Assembly: GCA_013265495.1 (NCBI GenBank) | Contig: MU058384.1 | Span: 2,171,690 to 2,235,689, forward strand | Source: Vicugna vicugna | Taxonomy: Eukaryota | Reading direction: 5' to 3' | DNA: 64,000 nucleotides | Part shown: positions 62,101-64,000 of the stretch, piece by piece | Layout: the number at the start of each line of letters is the position of its first letter | How positions within the stretch are numbered: the first letter of the stretch is position 1 | Notes under the pieces: generated by a model | Databases searched by the model: none | The model's input: only the letters and a program-made list of their open reading frames with translations | What the model was told of the DNA's origin: nothing | Program-made: the position numbers and the translations under genes

Positions 62101-64000
62101 AAAAGAGGTCCTGGCAAAATTAGAAAATCAAGACAGAAAATACTAGAGAAGGAGAAAATTAAAAATACCCACAGAAAATGGCTATGCCATCCACATTTTG
62201 GGAATCTGTCATTCCAGACCTTTATTCCTTGCCTACATATGGCTTCCTTTTTTAAAATTTAACTTAGAAATGCATTCTAAAATTTCACTATATAGATTCC
62301 TTTAAAAATAAATTTTGAGTAGATCAATACATGTATGTGATATTAAAATAAAAGATAATAAAAGTTTATAAGATGAAAAGGAACTCTCTGCTCCAGGAGA
62401 CGACCTTGTATTTGGTCTCACCTCACGCGTGTACAACATATAAATATGTCTATGTTTACACACATGTATTCACACACACACTTAGGATATGCACATTGTT
62501 CTACCACTTTCTCTTCTCAAACAATAGATCTTAGATTTTCTTCCATAGTGACATATACAGAACTTGCACTTTCTAGATGTAGTAGTATATTAAGATTGAT
62601 AGCATGGTAGCTGCCCAGGTTACTCTAGTCAGACCTTTCAGGTGATCTTGCCTGGAGACGCCCCCACCACTGCATCTGCCAGAGCTTTCGGTCTGTCTTT
62701 CCTTTCATCCTGTTTCTCCTTCTAATCATTCAGTTCTTGGTTTCTTCTTTTTCTCCATGTTGAAACACATCTACCATGGACTGCATCCTCTCACAGTATC
62801 TTCTTTGTCATGCGAAAATGTAGCTATTTATTCACTAAATATTTGTTAAGGATTTTCTACCTCTTTGTAATATAGGGGGAGGTAGGGGACAGAATCTATA
62901 GGAGCTCCTGTCTAACTGGAGATGCAGGATTGTAAACAAGTGATTACAACGCCAAGTTATAAATAATGCGTAACAGAGAGATAGGAATGGAATGCTTTGG
63001 GAGCTTGGGGAGGGGGATGGGGGAAAGGCAAGACTAACCTGGCATGAAAGGTGAAGCTACTGTAAGAAAGACAATTAGAAATATATATAATACATGTAAT
63101 ATATTGTATGTAATAACAATTTGTATGTATATAAATGGCTAAATAATATAGCTTCTGTTCATGGACTAAGTATAAGGACCATACTCCCTGGCCTGGGTGG
63201 CAGGTCCTTCCTAATCTGCCTCTAGGATATCCACACCCCTTTCCTCTGTCCCTACCTGCCTCTGTCCTTGGAGACACTTCAATAACCCTGATGTCACACA
63301 TTGTGCTCCCTTGGTCTGGAATACCTTTCCATGTGTGCTCACCTTTCCGGAGCTCAACAATGATAGTAATACCTTTGTGAGAATGAAAATAGTCAAATGG
63401 TTATATACAGATAATTTTAGTAGCTGAAATCTATTATGCATAAATTTGCATACAGTCTCATCTGATCTTTTTAACAACCTGATGAGACAGATTTTAACCC
63501 TATTTTTGAAATGAGGATGTTGAGGATAAAAGATATTAAGCAAATATCTCCCCAAAAGTCACACAACTAGTCAGGAGCGCGGCTGGAATGTGGCTGGAAT
63601 GTTTACTGAGCTCTAGCTAATTCTGGAGCCCACCTCTCAGCTTTGTTGCCACTCAGAATGGTCTTTAGTAAAATAATTCTGCAACTTAAATATCTTAAAC
63701 AAAAATTTTCTCGTATATACTCCAATAATTTTGGCTCCTCACTTATTGGCATAATAACCATTACAATTACTTTTTACTTTTAGTTTTGTAAATTGCAAAA
63801 GTAATGTTTATTATAAAAATTTTAAAATATAAATAAGCAAGATAGCAAGAATAAGGAAATTATTATCCATAGTCCCACATTCTGGGGGAAAAGGACAATT
63901 TTAATCAACAGACTACACACTGTATGATTTCATTTATCTGGCATTCTGGGAAAGGCAAAAACTGTAGGGAAAGGAAACAGTGGTTTCCAGAGGCTGAGCT

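Overview
Mammalian genomic DNA, most likely a camelid (inferred from recalled similarity of the tRNA-derived SINE and the young L1 3' ends). Two tandem minus-strand genes are present. CCDC28A is complete: a CpG-rich promoter at ~53.0-53.5 kb, five coding exons from 51008 to 39764 giving 184 aa, and a poly(A) signal at 39277-39282. About 2 kb downstream starts the 5' part of ECT2L: a CpG island at ~37 kb and eight coding exons from 29240 to 2348 (400 codons including the F-box); the gene runs off the left edge. All exon boundaries were read by hand as GT-AG with consistent phases. The rest is intronic or intergenic and rich in L1, L2, MIR, MaLR/ERV LTR, DNA-transposon and SINE relics. Most notable: a U12-type last intron of CCDC28A coupled to a 23-nt microexon, RFX X-boxes in both promoters, an open in-frame 5' extension of CCDC28A, a sense-oriented intact solo LTR inside CCDC28A, and an intragenic CpG-rich element in ECT2L. 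I found no convincing novel coding system; nearly all tracked ORFs look spurious. Repeat family names come from memory of consensus sequences and their boundaries are approximate.
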